IMG/VR virus record: IMGVR_UViG_3300021411_000006 | Coordinates: 1-64,000 of that record | Origin: a virus | Taxonomy: Duplodnaviria > Caudoviricetes | Length of the DNA: 64,000 bases | Reading direction: 5' to 3' (one strand) | Part shown: one piece after another, positions 34,119 through 46,200 of the stretch | Layout: each line of letters opens with the position of its first letter | Position numbering within the stretch: position 1 is the first letter of the stretch | Program-made: the position numbers and the translations under genes | Notes under the pieces: generated by a model | Told to the model about the DNA's origin: nothing | The model's input: only the letters and a program-made list of their open reading frames with translations | Databases searched by the model: none

Positions 34119-35219
34119 TTAAACGGGTCTATCTTTTCCGCGATTCGTAAAAGCTTCAAGTAGGCTTTCCTTTTTCTCTCCTGGTACTGGAGTCTTCTCT
34201 TTGGGTATATTGTGTAAGTCGTCAACTTCGGCTTTTATTCCTAAGCTCTTACCTCTGTCGGTTAATGTTTTCTCGACCGCCTTACGGTTCAAACCGTAAT
34301 TAATGGTCGCATATAAAAGGTCAAGATCTAACTCGCCTTTTTCATCCACAAACATGGTAAAGAACTTGTTGTCGGTTTTTACAAAATTCAGGATTGTTTC
34401 CGGGTCTATATCCACAAGGGTTGCGGCATCGCCTTCGCCCAGTGTAATTTTTTTATCAGTGCGTAATTTTTGGGTTACAGCACTTTCATCGACCGTGGAA
34501 ATAAAATCCTGTTTTGCCCTTGTAGCTTCTTCCAGCTTCGTTGCTTGTTCGGTATCAGCTTTCCGATCTGCGATGGTAAATTTTTCGTCCGCTTCTTTGT
34601 ACTTCTTGCGAAGTGCATCGGCTTCCAGCTTTCGTTCCAGTAGAGAAACTTTCTTTTCTTTCTCATCTGAAAACTCTTCCTCTGCCGGGAATCGGCTTTG
34701 GATACGCTTTTCAGCCAGGATCTCAAAACTTTCAGCATCCAGATCGGGGAATTGCTGCCGGAGGTCATATCGCAAAACGTCCATGTCGGGCACTTTGCTC
34801 CAATCCCTTCCTTTCGCCTCCAGGTATTTGGCAGTATCACCGCCTCCTTTCCTGTAGTCGAGTAGACCGATCTCGAACTCGTCTAAACCAAGTTCTTTCA
34901 GGGCCTCGTTCCGGTCAGCTTTTTTAAGAGCGTCTTTCCAGTCAAATTTCTCAGGCTTGACTTCTACCGTTTTCTCCACTTTTGCAACCGTCTCGGTTGG
35001 CTTCGTGGCTTCTGCTGGGGGAGCGGGAGCTTCTGTTTTTTCCGCTGGGATCACCGTCTCGGTTTTCTCCAGGGGAGGCGCAGGCGCTTCCACTTTTGTT
35101 ATTTCAACAGGCTTTACAGCCGTATCTTTTATTTGCCCTGTGGTGGCATCAAAGGCCTTCAAAAAATCCGCTTTGCCTTCTACTCGTGGCGCTTCTTCTA
35201 CTACTACCTCGTCAGCCAT
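34119..35219 (-). CDS. capsid scaffolding protein
   Basis: Acidic, helical, Pro/Glu-rich N-terminus; between portal and MCP. Confidence 0.75.
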   Translation of the reverse strand: MADEVVVEEAPRVEGKADFLKAFDATTGQIKDTAVKPVEITKVEAPAPPLEKTETVIPAEKTEAPAPPAEATKPTETVAKVEKTVEVKPEKFDWKDALKKADRNEALKELGLDEFEIGLLDYRKGGGDTAKYLEAKGRDWSKVPDMDVLRYDLRQQFPDLDAESFEILAEKRIQSRFPAEEEFSDEKEKKVSLLERKLEADALRKKYKEADEKFTIADRKADTEQATKLEEATRAKQDFISTVDESAVTQKLRTDKKITLGEGDAATLVDIDPETILNFVKTDNKFFTMFVDEKGELDLDLLYATINYGLNRKAVEKTLTDRGKSLGIKAEVDDLHNIPKEKTPVPGEKKESLLEAFTNRGKDRPV

Positions 35220-35246
35220 AGGGTGTTGTTGGTTAGATTAATTAAC

Positions 35247-35275
35247 CAAAATTATACAAGGTTTGGAATAACAAA
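35247..35275 (-). promoter_or_regulatory. Bacteroidota sigma70-type promoter for scaffold-MCP
   Basis: -7 TAATTTTG (35247-35254); TTTG at 35272-35275 (17-nt spacer). Confidence 0.6.
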
Positions 35276-35288
35276 ATAGTTTTCATAC

Positions 35289-37547
35289 CTATTTTTTATA
35301 AGAATCGTTTATGGTCTGCGTTTCTTTCTTGTCCTCTCCTTCCATGTGCTTGGTCAAAAGCTTCACGTTAGCACCGGTATCGGTGGCGTGATCCATTGAG
35401 GCTAGTTTCATTTGCAATAATTCTTTCTCTCCCGCGATCTTCGTTACCTCCAGTTCAGTTTTTAGCTTATATTCCAGGGCAAGGGTAGCTTGCTTCGCTG
35501 CCTCGACTGCCTGGCCACTCTGGACCTGTATTTTACCATTCTCCTGCATCTTCTGTAGCTCGTACTGTTGCATCTCTTTCTTTTTCTTCTCTATGCTGTA
35601 CGCAAGCTGCACCCTGGCCTGTTTTAGGTTGTTGGTCTCGGTAATCATTATTACATCGTCAGGGGAAATCAAGCCCTGGTTGTCTTTAATGTTCATTTGC
35701 TGTAACAGTAATTCCTTTTGCGCCTCTGTCGGTTTGTCTTCTAGTTTCACATCCCAAACCCGGTCAGCGATATCCTTTGTCACCCGGATAAACCGGACAG
35801 TCTCATCGCCTAAGGTCCTGGTGACACCTTCAATATCGCCTTGTAGCACTGTAAGTACCAGGCGCTGTATTACACCTTTCGAAAGGTTCTCGGTCAGTTG
35901 CTTATCAGCAAAAGTTATTGGGTAAAGCGCATTGTTTGTCGCTTCGTTGCCCAGGCTGGCTACATAGTTCAGCGTCCGCTCTCCGGGTGTGCTGCCATCG
36001 GTAAGGTCGTTCAGCCCGGTTACGTCTCTCATCTCGGAAAGTATGCGGGCCAGGTCGTTTACCAGTACTGTATATTCCTGGTGCATGCCGGTCGGTTCAA
36101 TATCGACCATTTTATAATTTTGCAGCTGACCGCTTACATCCATCCTTCGGCCCATCGCCACAAAGTTTTGAAACACCAGCTCCAGGATCTCTTTTGGTTT
36201 CATTGGATCACCGGAAGCGCCAAGCGCCACGTTTTCCATTGCCTGTATGTCCAGGTTGATAATGTATGGCACCCATTTATTTTTAAAATTCTGGACCTTA
36301 TAAATAGTGTTGTGATATTCGTCGATAATAGGAATAAGCCTTTCCATCATTCCCAGCGCGCGCATGCGGTCGAAGTTGTAAGCAAAGACGTGGTAGCTTA
36401 AAGTCGTAGTCGCCTTGTTCGGTTTCGTTCTTTTAAGGTATGTTCCCAGGCCGTCATCATAGACGTAATCGGTGCCAACTATCCACTTGCCTTTGTAAAC
36501 TACCTGCAATGGCTTTGCAACATATTTTTGCACTTCCTTGCCAGCGACAGTTACCATCGACCCCTTTTTCTTGTTGTTATAGTCGGTGCGGCGGAAAAGT
36601 TCGTTCCCGGATTTATTTTCCCTTCTCTCATATACACGGTCATTGTAACTGAAAAATTCCATATCCAATACCTGCACGGTCTGGCTATCGATTGCCGTCA
36701 TAGAGGATACGGTACTGGTCCAGGTTTGATTTCCTGACCTTGCTGCCTGGTAGATATCCTTACGGGTCTCCTCGTCAAAAGGGAGTTCGCATACATTTAC
36801 TTCAGTCAGCTCTCCAATATACTTCGCGTCGGAAAAGTCTGCTTTCCGGCAAGCACTTACCACAAGGCTTGCGATATCTACATCCCGGACCCTAACTTCG
36901 TTATTTTCGTCGACGTACTCTTTGTAGGAACCGGCTCCATAATCAAAAAGACTTTCCAGATCAGCGCGGCGAAGATTTTTAAAGCCGTTTCGGTATAGTA
37001 CATAATCGATGCCCATTTCTGCCTCCATTGCCACCTTTAGCTTTACTCCGAGGTCCTTCATCATTTCCAGCTCCTGTATGTTTTCGGGATCTCCATGCTC
37101 TTTTGCAAAAGCAGGTAACTGGGCAAGCGCCGGGTTAACCTTTAACATCTCGTCACGCATGCGGATTTTTGCCTTATGCTTTATGTAATAGGTCTCCGTT
37201 TCATCCCTGGCCAGCAAGTCGATTGGAGTAGCTACGATATTGTAACCTTTCTGCACAAGCTTTGACAAAGCGATATCCCTGAGCTTTGCAGCTATCGCCC
37301 GGATCGACCAATCAATGTTTACCCAGCTGGAGTCACTGGCTTCATCGATAAGCACGTTCTTTTTATATTTCTCTACGCTTTGCCTGGCCAGTACATAGTC
37401 CTTTATCTCTTTGTACCGAAACCGGGCACCGTAAAACATTTTTACGTTACTCCGCTCAAATTCACCCCATGCAGCTTTTATATACTGCATGATCCATTTG
37501 GAGCCTTTTTCTGAGGGGTTTATGTCGTGGGACGGAAAATTATTCAT
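35289..37547 (-). CDS. portal protein
   Basis: 752 aa directly after TerL; FPSH..NPSEK.SKW..YIKA.W.EF N-terminus, helical, C-terminal coiled coil. Confidence 0.85.
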   Translation of the reverse strand: MNNFPSHDINPSEKGSKWIMQYIKAAWGEFERSNVKMFYGARFRYKEIKDYVLARQSVEKYKKNVLIDEASDSSWVNIDWSIRAIAAKLRDIALSKLVQKGYNIVATPIDLLARDETETYYIKHKAKIRMRDEMLKVNPALAQLPAFAKEHGDPENIQELEMMKDLGVKLKVAMEAEMGIDYVLYRNGFKNLRRADLESLFDYGAGSYKEYVDENNEVRVRDVDIASLVVSACRKADFSDAKYIGELTEVNVCELPFDEETRKDIYQAARSGNQTWTSTVSSMTAIDSQTVQVLDMEFFSYNDRVYERRENKSGNELFRRTDYNNKKKGSMVTVAGKEVQKYVAKPLQVVYKGKWIVGTDYVYDDGLGTYLKRTKPNKATTTLSYHVFAYNFDRMRALGMMERLIPIIDEYHNTIYKVQNFKNKWVPYIINLDIQAMENVALGASGDPMKPKEILELVFQNFVAMGRRMDVSGQLQNYKMVDIEPTGMHQEYTVLVNDLARILSEMRDVTGLNDLTDGSTPGERTLNYVASLGNEATNNALYPITFADKQLTENLSKGVIQRLVLTVLQGDIEGVTRTLGDETVRFIRVTKDIADRVWDVKLEDKPTEAQKELLLQQMNIKDNQGLISPDDVIMITETNNLKQARVQLAYSIEKKKKEMQQYELQKMQENGKIQVQSGQAVEAAKQATLALEYKLKTELEVTKIAGEKELLQMKLASMDHATDTGANVKLLTKHMEGEDKKETQTINDSYKK

Positions 37548-37549
37548 TG

Positions 37550-39580
37550 CTATGCGATTTTAGATAGTTGTTGTTTTAGTTTAAACCTGGGGAAGTAGTC
37601 GGTTATTTTTTTCAAGCCCGTACCTTCCGTGCGGAGGCCGCGGCTACGACACGCCATCTCAACCCACAAACAGGCCATGCCGATATCAAATTTTTGGGTT
37701 TTGGTTACATCAAATTTTATCAGGTCATTCAGCAGATCGATAAAGAAAATTTTATCGGAGTTGTTCTCTACCTGCTCTTCCACAAAAAACAGGGCTGTGT
37801 GCTTATTGTCTTCCGTCGCCGGTATGCCAGCTTCTTTGTAACCAGGCAGGCGCTGGAGAAAAGGGCCATATCCACGATCTTCAAAGTATCGGATAATACC
37901 GCGCTTGTTATTTTCTACCAGGATCTGACAGCCGAAGTAAACGGACTGTTTTATCATATCCTCCCAAAGGATGTCGGCAGTCAGTGGCCGGGCCAGGTAC
38001 TTTACGACGTAAGCATTAATGAAGGGATCAGCATGGTTGTTTATATTGCTTATTTGCTTCACCAGGCTGGCACCATTGCTTCGCCTGTTGTCTTCGGTCA
38101 TGTTGTGATCGTAAGGATCGCAGCTGGACCCGAAGCGATGATTATTTTTAGGGAAATAAAGCGTACCCCTTTTTTCCAATAGGTTTGTCTCTTCAGCTTT
38201 TAGCATGAACGAGCGCAGAATCTCCCAGCGGCCCTGGGGATCTTTTTGCCAAAGGACCTTTGTATCTCTTTCTCCATTAGCCCAAACGAAATTGCCGCGC
38301 TCAGTAAGCGAGTCTTTATAAGGCATGATCCCGGAGAGGCGGTCGTTTAGTTTTAACAGGTTAAAGTGACAGGCATCGTTTGCGGTTTTAAATGCCTCTT
38401 CCGCGTATAGCGGTTCTTTCCTTATCAGGTCGATAAGATCGGAAGGGTTATCTTTTTGCGATGCCCGGTCCGCCATGATGGAAGCAAGCGTTTCGGCTTC
38501 TTGTGGTTCGCCGTAAATATCAAAGTCTCCGCTACGGGCAGCGCTCATAAAAAAATGGTACAGGCCGCTTTTGGTTTGCCCGTTTACTTCTCTTTCTGCC
38601 GGGTTGCTCTGATACCAAAGCTCATCAAAGCGGAAGCGGACCCCGATCTCTTCAACTGTTGAAGTCACGATCATCTTACCGACAATGCGACGCTTATTAT
38701 CAAGACAGCAGTGCTTTAAAACCAGGTGCCGCTTAATTACATCGTGTTCTACTTTGCCACTCTCATCCAACAGTAAACGGTACGTTTTTGTACCGTCATA
38801 AGCTTTTGGTTTTGCATCGCGGTAATCCAGCTGGCTTTTAAGTTCTTCGCTTTTTAAATTTCTGGTGGCTTCCTTACCTTTTTTGGATGTCTTATAAAAA
38901 CGCAGCTTGCCTTTTGGTGTGCTACCTAAACTGTCATCCCATATTGGCCGGAAAAAAGAAGGGAGTGATTGAAACTGTGGTACGATGGCTTTATCAAAAA
39001 CATCCTGAGCATCGCCCTGGTTTTTGGATTGAATACCACCCAGTGCCCGCTTTGTTCTTGACACGGCTTCGTAAACAATACATGCCCCGCGGTATGACTT
39101 ACCGTTACGGCGCTTACACACTTCCAGTAATCCAAAACAATTCGGATCTTCTACACAGTATTGCCAGAACATAAAATACTCCAGGTCGATTCTACGGAAA
39201 TCGGGGAGACCGGTGTCGAGTGGCCAGTAGTTCAGGAAAAAATAAAAGATGCCTGGGAGATAAACTGGATCGCCATTGATGTACACCCATACGCCGTACA
39301 TGCGCCTGCGCCATTCGCGCTGCCGGATCGACTCCAGTATATTGTTGACGTAAAGGGGTTCTGTTTTACAGCGTTCAGCTTCCAGGTCGGCAGCTTCCTC
39401 GTAGTCGTCCGGGATCGTCTGCGGCTCCCAGTATTGATTTTTTGCAATGTTACTCCGCTTAATGATATCAACCGGGCCGATTTCACCGGTGACTGAATGA
39501 GTGCCAAAGCCAACAGGGGGTATCCAGCAAGTTAATTGCTGTACAGTCATGCAGCTCCCGCCTGGGATCTTTTTATACAT
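37550..39580 (-). CDS. terL: terminase large subunit
   Basis: Walker A KRRNGKS, Walker B LLLDESGK, nuclease SCDPYD and KFDIGMA. Confidence 0.92.
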   Translation of the reverse strand: MYKKIPGGSCMTVQQLTCWIPPVGFGTHSVTGEIGPVDIIKRSNIAKNQYWEPQTIPDDYEEAADLEAERCKTEPLYVNNILESIRQREWRRRMYGVWVYINGDPVYLPGIFYFFLNYWPLDTGLPDFRRIDLEYFMFWQYCVEDPNCFGLLEVCKRRNGKSYRGACIVYEAVSRTKRALGGIQSKNQGDAQDVFDKAIVPQFQSLPSFFRPIWDDSLGSTPKGKLRFYKTSKKGKEATRNLKSEELKSQLDYRDAKPKAYDGTKTYRLLLDESGKVEHDVIKRHLVLKHCCLDNKRRIVGKMIVTSTVEEIGVRFRFDELWYQSNPAEREVNGQTKSGLYHFFMSAARSGDFDIYGEPQEAETLASIMADRASQKDNPSDLIDLIRKEPLYAEEAFKTANDACHFNLLKLNDRLSGIMPYKDSLTERGNFVWANGERDTKVLWQKDPQGRWEILRSFMLKAEETNLLEKRGTLYFPKNNHRFGSSCDPYDHNMTEDNRRSNGASLVKQISNINNHADPFINAYVVKYLARPLTADILWEDMIKQSVYFGCQILVENNKRGIIRYFEDRGYGPFLQRLPGYKEAGIPATEDNKHTALFFVEEQVENNSDKIFFIDLLNDLIKFDVTKTQKFDIGMACLWVEMACRSRGLRTEGTGLKKITDYFPRFKLKQQLSKIA

Positions 39581-39587
39581 TGGTACG

Positions 39588-39598
39588 GTACGGATTAA
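39588..39598 (-). promoter_or_regulatory. late-gene start-proximal motif TTAATCCGTAC (terL copy)
   Basis: Exact copy, followed by CGTACCA then ATG. Confidence 0.6.
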
Positions 39599-39608
39599 AA
39601 ACTTTCAA

Positions 39609-40184
39609 CTATACACCTCCAGCCATGCTCTCAGCAGAAGTTCTGCCGGTCACGCCTGGGATATCGATCTCGCTGTCATCGCCAAACATTCTTTTATAAC
39701 CTTTCTCTATTCGTTCGTTAATTATTTCCATGTCCTGACTAAGCTTACTTTTCACCGCGATGGCACCCATCTCGTCCTTATCCCCTTTCAAACTCTTACC
39801 TATCGGTTCCATTAGCCTCTCACCATATTCGTAAAAGGTTTCCTCGTTTGCACAGATCATAAACCACTCGCGGGGAAAGGCGAATTTTTTCAAAAACCTC
39901 ACTACAACTTCCCTGGTCATATCGTCTTTAAGGGAGTACATATCACTGAGCTGGTCGCTCTCCATAACGATGTCAAAGCCAGCGAACTGTGCCGCCATCT
40001 GTTTCCGCATCTTTATATCTCGGTGCTGTAGGATAAAGGGGCTATTCGGATCGTACAATACCAAGACGTATTTCAGGACCCGAATATCCGTGGTCAGGTT
40101 CTTCAGGATCGGCGACTGATCCAGCAGGTCCTTTGCCATCGGATTAAACAGGCAGCGGCTAAAATGTTGTGGTTTATAGTCCAT
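39609..40184 (-). CDS. hypothetical protein, positional candidate for terminase small subunit
   Basis: 191 aa helical protein immediately upstream of terL. Confidence 0.55.
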   Translation of the reverse strand: MDYKPQHFSRCLFNPMAKDLLDQSPILKNLTTDIRVLKYVLVLYDPNSPFILQHRDIKMRKQMAAQFAGFDIVMESDQLSDMYSLKDDMTREVVVRFLKKFAFPREWFMICANEETFYEYGERLMEPIGKSLKGDKDEMGAIAVKSKLSQDMEIINERIEKGYKRMFGDDSEIDIPGVTGRTSAESMAGGV

Positions 40185-40206
40185 CGGTACGGTTAGAATA
40201 TTTAAC

Positions 40207-40214
40207 CAAAGTTA
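40207..40214 (-). promoter_or_regulatory. Bacteroidota -7 promoter element for the packaging genes
   Basis: TAACTTTG on - strand, followed by GTTAA as at 35247. Confidence 0.55.
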
Positions 40215-40216
40215 GT

Positions 40217-43200
40217 TTAAGGTCGATACATATAAATCCGGTTATCTTTCAAAAACTTAACAAAGTCCGAAAACTCCTGTTCTGTTGCGTCTGCCTTGTA
40301 CAGATCAACGATGGCTTTTTTCGTTTCGTTTGACTGCACGTTAATGATCTGGTTGGCAAACATTTTCTCTTTTGCCGACTGTGCCAGGTTCTTTACATCA
40401 TCCTTTTTAAGCAGCACGATTGCCTTTGATGCTATAGTCTGCATATCACGGCCATCCTGTTCAGTTTGCGGCGCATCCTTGCCCGTGTAAGCCTTGAACG
40501 TATCAAAAATCAGTTTCCGCATATCTACCTCTCCGCCTTTTACTACCGAGTCGGTTTGCGCGTCCAGCGCTTTCTTTAAATCCACATCGATCCCCTGCAA
40601 CCGGATTGCTGCCTTGCGTTCCTGTTCGCTCTGTACTTTATCCAGGGCTTCCCGGTCGCCGCGATCAGTTTCAAAGTAGATACGCCGTAAAGCTGGTATC
40701 ATCGATATGATCTTTTCTTTTGTGGACATCGTGCCGTCATCGTACTGGGGCACCCGGATACCAAGTTTGTTAAGGCTCCACTTGAACATATCACCCAGGG
40801 CCTCTTTGCCGCCCATTTTAAAATTGCGGTCACCGATAACATTGCGCTTTTTAAACTTATCATACGGGTTTATATCATTAACAGCATACTCCCACCACTT
40901 GCTATACAGATCGACTCCGGATTGGTAGTCTGGTAAGCGGTTTACTACGCCGTCGAGGACTCCCCGTATCTTTTGTTTAACGCTGGTCTTTTCGGTCAGA
41001 TTTTGTATGTTATTCCAGGTGAATGTTTCAACGTCGTCTAAAGGAATTTTTAAACCCTTCGCTTTGCCAGTTTCTGTTACGCCAAGTGGGATGAGCATGT
41101 AGTTACTACGGTTATAAGATCCTACTTTTTCAAACCAGTCCTCCAGGTCCTTGCCGAACAAACCGTTTTTAGCTGCGGCAGTCAGCAGCGCGGGGATACC
41201 AATAGTCAGGCCGACATACAACCAATAAGCTCCTTTTCCTTTCGGAGCGGTTGCGATACCAGCATCTGTACGGAGGCCCTGTAAGATCACGGACGAGAAA
41301 GGTATCCAGGAGATGAATTTCTTTGCGCCAAACCTTTCGCTGTAATTCGGGGTGCCGATATAGTTTCTGGTATAGTAAGCAGCTGCCTCCGGACCCATGT
41401 GCTTTTCCAGGATCTTAAACATAGCAACCTTTGTTCTCATCTCTATATGAGAACCTGGCTTGGCCAGAAAATATTCGGGGATTATTAATGCCAGGTCACG
41501 GATCTTGGTCATCAGCGTCCGTCTTTTACTTATACCCAGGTGACCAGAAAGGAAATCGTAGTGAGATAAAAAGTTCGCCATGCCGTTATAATTCGCATCA
41601 AATCCCGCGAACAAAGCGGACTCCGGATTTACAGCGCCGTACTCCAGCATGCGTTTTGCAACACCTGTAGGCTCGTGCTTAAAGAAGCTCTTTGTATCGT
41701 AATAAGATGCCCACCAGGACTGAGCATATTCGGCATGTATTTTTATGAAGTCTCTTTTTTGCAGCGCTCCGTTTGCCGACAGGATAGCTATTGTGTTTTT
41801 TATTGTCCGCTTACTATCTTTTACCGGATTTACAATAAAGATAAAGCCAGGGTTGTACTTTGTCCATGCCATCCGGAGCGGAATTGCGGCAGCAGAAAGC
41901 ATTTCGTTTACCAGTGATACTTTTTCCGGAGGGTGTGCGTTATAAACTTCCGCTATATACTTTTCGGTAATAAAAATCTTATTCTTCCCCCCTTGCTTAT
42001 ACCGGATATATTCCTGGCCAGGTTTAAGTTTTACGCTTGGGTTTCCGCGGAAGTCATAAGCGCAAGCTATGACGCTATCCGGATCAACCTTTTGAAGCGA
42101 CTCTTTACCGATAACAATCGCACGGTTTTTTGATGCCGCCCGCTGAACCATAACCATTTTTACCATCGTCTCCAGGAAAGGATTGGCAATTTCACCAAGT
42201 CCACCCTGTATGCCCAGCATCTGCGCGCTCTGAATCAACTCGGTAATATATTTTACCGGCTTGTAGGTAGCGTAGTTGAATTTATTTTTTTCTGCCTCGT
42301 CCATTTGATCCCGGCTCATTAACCCGGAGTCGTAAGCGTCTTCTATTGTATTAAAACCAAGTTCATAAAAATTGTCAAGGGCCTCCTGTATAACGTCCTG
42401 CTGGGCTGAAGTATATTTATCCAGAACCTTTTGAATCAGATCAAGATTTTGTTCGTCGGTCTGCAAACCAAGTGGGTTGCCTTTCCCCTTCCGTGCTGGC
42501 GACATATTACGCGTGTACTGCACGATAAGACCTACATCATCTAAACTTACTCCAGCATCACGAACCGGTTTTACTGTTTTAGTATTGTAATTATTCAACA
42601 TCAGCGCCGCAGGTGCCTTCCACATTTCCATTTGCTCAAAAGCATTCCTGGTTTCTTCGTATTGGCTTAATTTGTTGCCAGTCTTCGTAGTATCCAGTTT
42701 GTCTCCAAGCGGGCTAAACACTGAAAACATTTCGCGCTTTACCCTGGCCCAAAGTCCTTCGTTGCGCTTCTCAATTTTCAAAAGATCCGCGCGCTTCGCT
42801 TCAGCCTTACGGTAACCTTCAATAGTATTTTTTTCTCTTTCCGCTTTCACTTTCTCCGGATCGGTAAGCAGATCCATCAGGTCCTCGTACACAGCTTTGA
42901 AAGCGGGCTTTTGGTCCAGGTAATTCATAAACGCCTGGAAAAACATGGGAGCTTTTTTCTCCAGCTGGCCAGGGCTGTTAAAGAGCCCGCTTATCATATC
43001 GGCGTATATCTCGACGGAAGATTTACGATACTTCCGAAAGCCTGGGCTTGCGGTCGCTTCATCGTATGGCCTCCAGAGCTTACTAAACCTGTAAGCTTCC
43101 TCGTAGATTTTTCTTTCTTCCCACAGCATTCTTTTATTCATCTCGTCACGAATGCGATCTTTTGCCCTGTCTCTCCAGCCTTCACCTTTTGTAATAACTT

Positions 43201-46200
43201 GTATTTTGTTGCCGGTTGGTATCTTTTCAATCTTGGTAAACTTTTTCAACATGTCATCGATGAGCCCTTTCATGGCTGCGACTACGATCCGTTTTTTATC
43301 CTTCGTGCTGAGTCGCTGAATAAAGTCAAGTAAGGCAGGGTTGTTTATACCAGCCTGCACGTCATTCCAAACGGCCAGCACATCATCAGGAGTAAGTCCG
43401 GTAACCTTCTCTATATATTCATCTTCCTCGGTAATAATATCGTCGTCCGGCTTGGCTTTCTCTTCCGCAGTGATCCGGTCGATATCGGCTTGGGTAAGTG
43501 GGCCCGGTCCACCTGGTTCTTTCGGCAAGAATTTTTCCATGAAAGCCTTTAACGAGGCGATCCTTCCCAGGATATTACCACGACTCAGGGTTTCGTCAGG
43601 AATAAAATCGACAAAGTGGCCAATCTCGTGCGCCATTGTTTTCATCAGGTCGTCGTAGTGCGCCGGGTTAAATAGCTCCCGGTTAAGCACGATCTTTTTA
43701 AGCGCCGGGGAGAAATACCCGAAAGCTGTGGCCAGTTTTTTTATCTCCGGATATTTGCCTTCCGCAATAGTACGGGCCAGCTGTACCAGCTCCGGGAAGT
43801 CTATCGGCATTAAACGGTTATCGGTGGTCGCTTCTTTTGGTATGTCGGAATAGTGGCCAGTCGCGAACTGATCGACATAATCTTCAGCCTCCTTTTTGGA
43901 CATCGCTGTACGCTCCTGGAGAATATCTGTTATATCCTTGTCGGACATACCAGCGGCTTTTTGTTTCTTTACCCACTCTTCCACCTTTGCGGCTTTGTCG
44001 CCGTATTCGGCTTGTGGGTCAAACAAACTGGTTTGTCCTTTCGCCTGCCTGTCTTCATCACGGGATTTCACCTGTAATTTTTCAACAGCAGCTTTTGCTT
44101 CATTCACTTTCAACCTGAGAGGATCAAGAATGTTTTTTGCTTCATCCCTTTTCACACCGAACAAAGACACCTGTTCACTACCGCCAAACATGCCGCCCTG
44201 GGCAGCTTGCGTTTTTGCTATTTTATCTTCGGCATCGCGTAAGTCTTTTTGCGCTTTCGTAAGAAGTGCCTGTGCGGCTTTTAACTCATCCTTTAATCCA
44301 GTATTACTTAATTTATTTGTGCCATATTTTTTCTGGACATCATCCTTTAATATTCCCTGGTCCGCAGCGCTGATATAATCGTATGCGCCTTGTACATCTG
44401 GTCCGCCGCCGACTACATTGATATAATCAAACAGGGCTATATTAGAGACTCCGCAGGTTTCCATCATCGCCCTCAGCTCGCCCGTAACCTCGTTAACTGG
44501 CCTGTTACCGTAAAGGAAAATAGTCGTAGCTGCTGCATGGCCTGCAAAATTTTCCAGCATTTCCTTGCTGTTCATCCCGTCCTTAAAAACATAGTTGCCG
44601 ATAATAGAACTCTTGGCATCCGCGATCAACATGCCCGCTTTTGGAATCGCGGAGAAACGGAGACCGTAAATAACCCCGGCAACTTCTTCGGAATTAAATG
44701 GAGGCTCCGAAATTGGAGCGGATAAAGCTTTCATACCGTCGAGCTTATGTACGGCCAGCGGTTCGCCTTCGGCTGGTTTTTCTTCCCGCTTAAAAATGCC
44801 TTCCTGGTTTCCGTATTTGTCAAGCAACACGTACTCTTCCTTATAAGTATCCATTATAAGGTGTTCCATCTCTATACCAAGCTCGTCCATCATCTTACCA
44901 GTACCCTTCGTTAAGCCTATATCAGCACTACTGGGGGTCATCTGACCGGATGGGTGGTTGTGGATGAGGTATGTTTTTACGGCACTGAACTTTTTAGCAC
45001 CGGCAAGGATCATTTTGCGATCCATAGGGGTTTCCGTAACGGCACCCATAGAAACAAACTGAATGTGGCTGTTACCTTGCTTATCTACATGGACGGCAAA
45101 GCCAAACTCTATTGACTTGTCCTCCAGTAAGCGCATGATGTGCGCTACATCGGCGGCACTTTTTACCGAAGCCGTTCCTGTGAATCGTAGCCCGTGTTCT
45201 TCGCTCCAGACTTGTTCGACTGTGCGGATGTTATGCGAATCGTTGGAAGGTGTTTCGCCTGGCCGTTGTACTGTACCGGAGATGGTCCCGTACTCAGCTG
45301 ATCCGTTGATACTTTCGTATTGTACGGCTTCGCTTTTGCCTTCTTTATTTTTAATGGTTCCTTCATGCTGCGTGGGATTATCAAAATCTAATTTAATCTG
45401 CTCTTTGGCAGAAAGGTCGTTGCCAAAAATATTGTTCAGGTCTTTTCTTGCTTGCTCTTTAAGCGCTTCATCAGCGCCGGGAGCGTTCCCTGCTCTTTGA
45501 GCGCCGCCTTCAGTGCCAGGTCGTCCGCCAGCGTCTCCAGGAATTTCTCCCGGCGCTCCGGTGGTATCGTCTCCAGTGTCTTCGTCGCGGACGGGTTCGC
45601 CGCTATGTTCTGGCGTATCTTCTCTATCAATATCGTCTTGTCCTGGTTCATTTTCTTGGTCATTAAAGTTATCGGAACTTTCGTCATTTTCCAAAACCTC
45701 TTGTTCTGCCATCTCTTTTAGCCACTGATCTTTTTCCGCCTGTGGCATAGCTTCGTAATCAGCGTCTCCGCCTTTATAAGCCTCGTCCGGTGCTACATGC
45801 TGAGATGCAGCGAGTTTTGCTATCGCTTCGCGCCCGTTCCCGGAGCTAAGTGGTATGCCAGTCAGCTCCGCAAACTTGGTTTCTGCCTGGTGGTGTACTT
45901 CGGATTTTACAGTGCCGTCCGGATCGATCCCCCAGGGAAAGCGCATCATAAACTCAGCTACATCATCGGGGGTTACTTCCACACCTTCGCCATGCTGGGA
46001 GATAGAATTTGCGATATCATCGAGGGACCGGCCCTTTTTACTGAAATAGTTTTTTGCGACAGATCCTGAAATAAGATTTTTATCCTTTACTCTTTCGAAA
46101 GACTCCTGCTTTACCTTACCGATCCCTTCAATAGCGATAGCTTGTTCAACCGAAGACAATTCCTGCGGTTGTCGTGGAAGCTGTAACCACGTCGATGCAA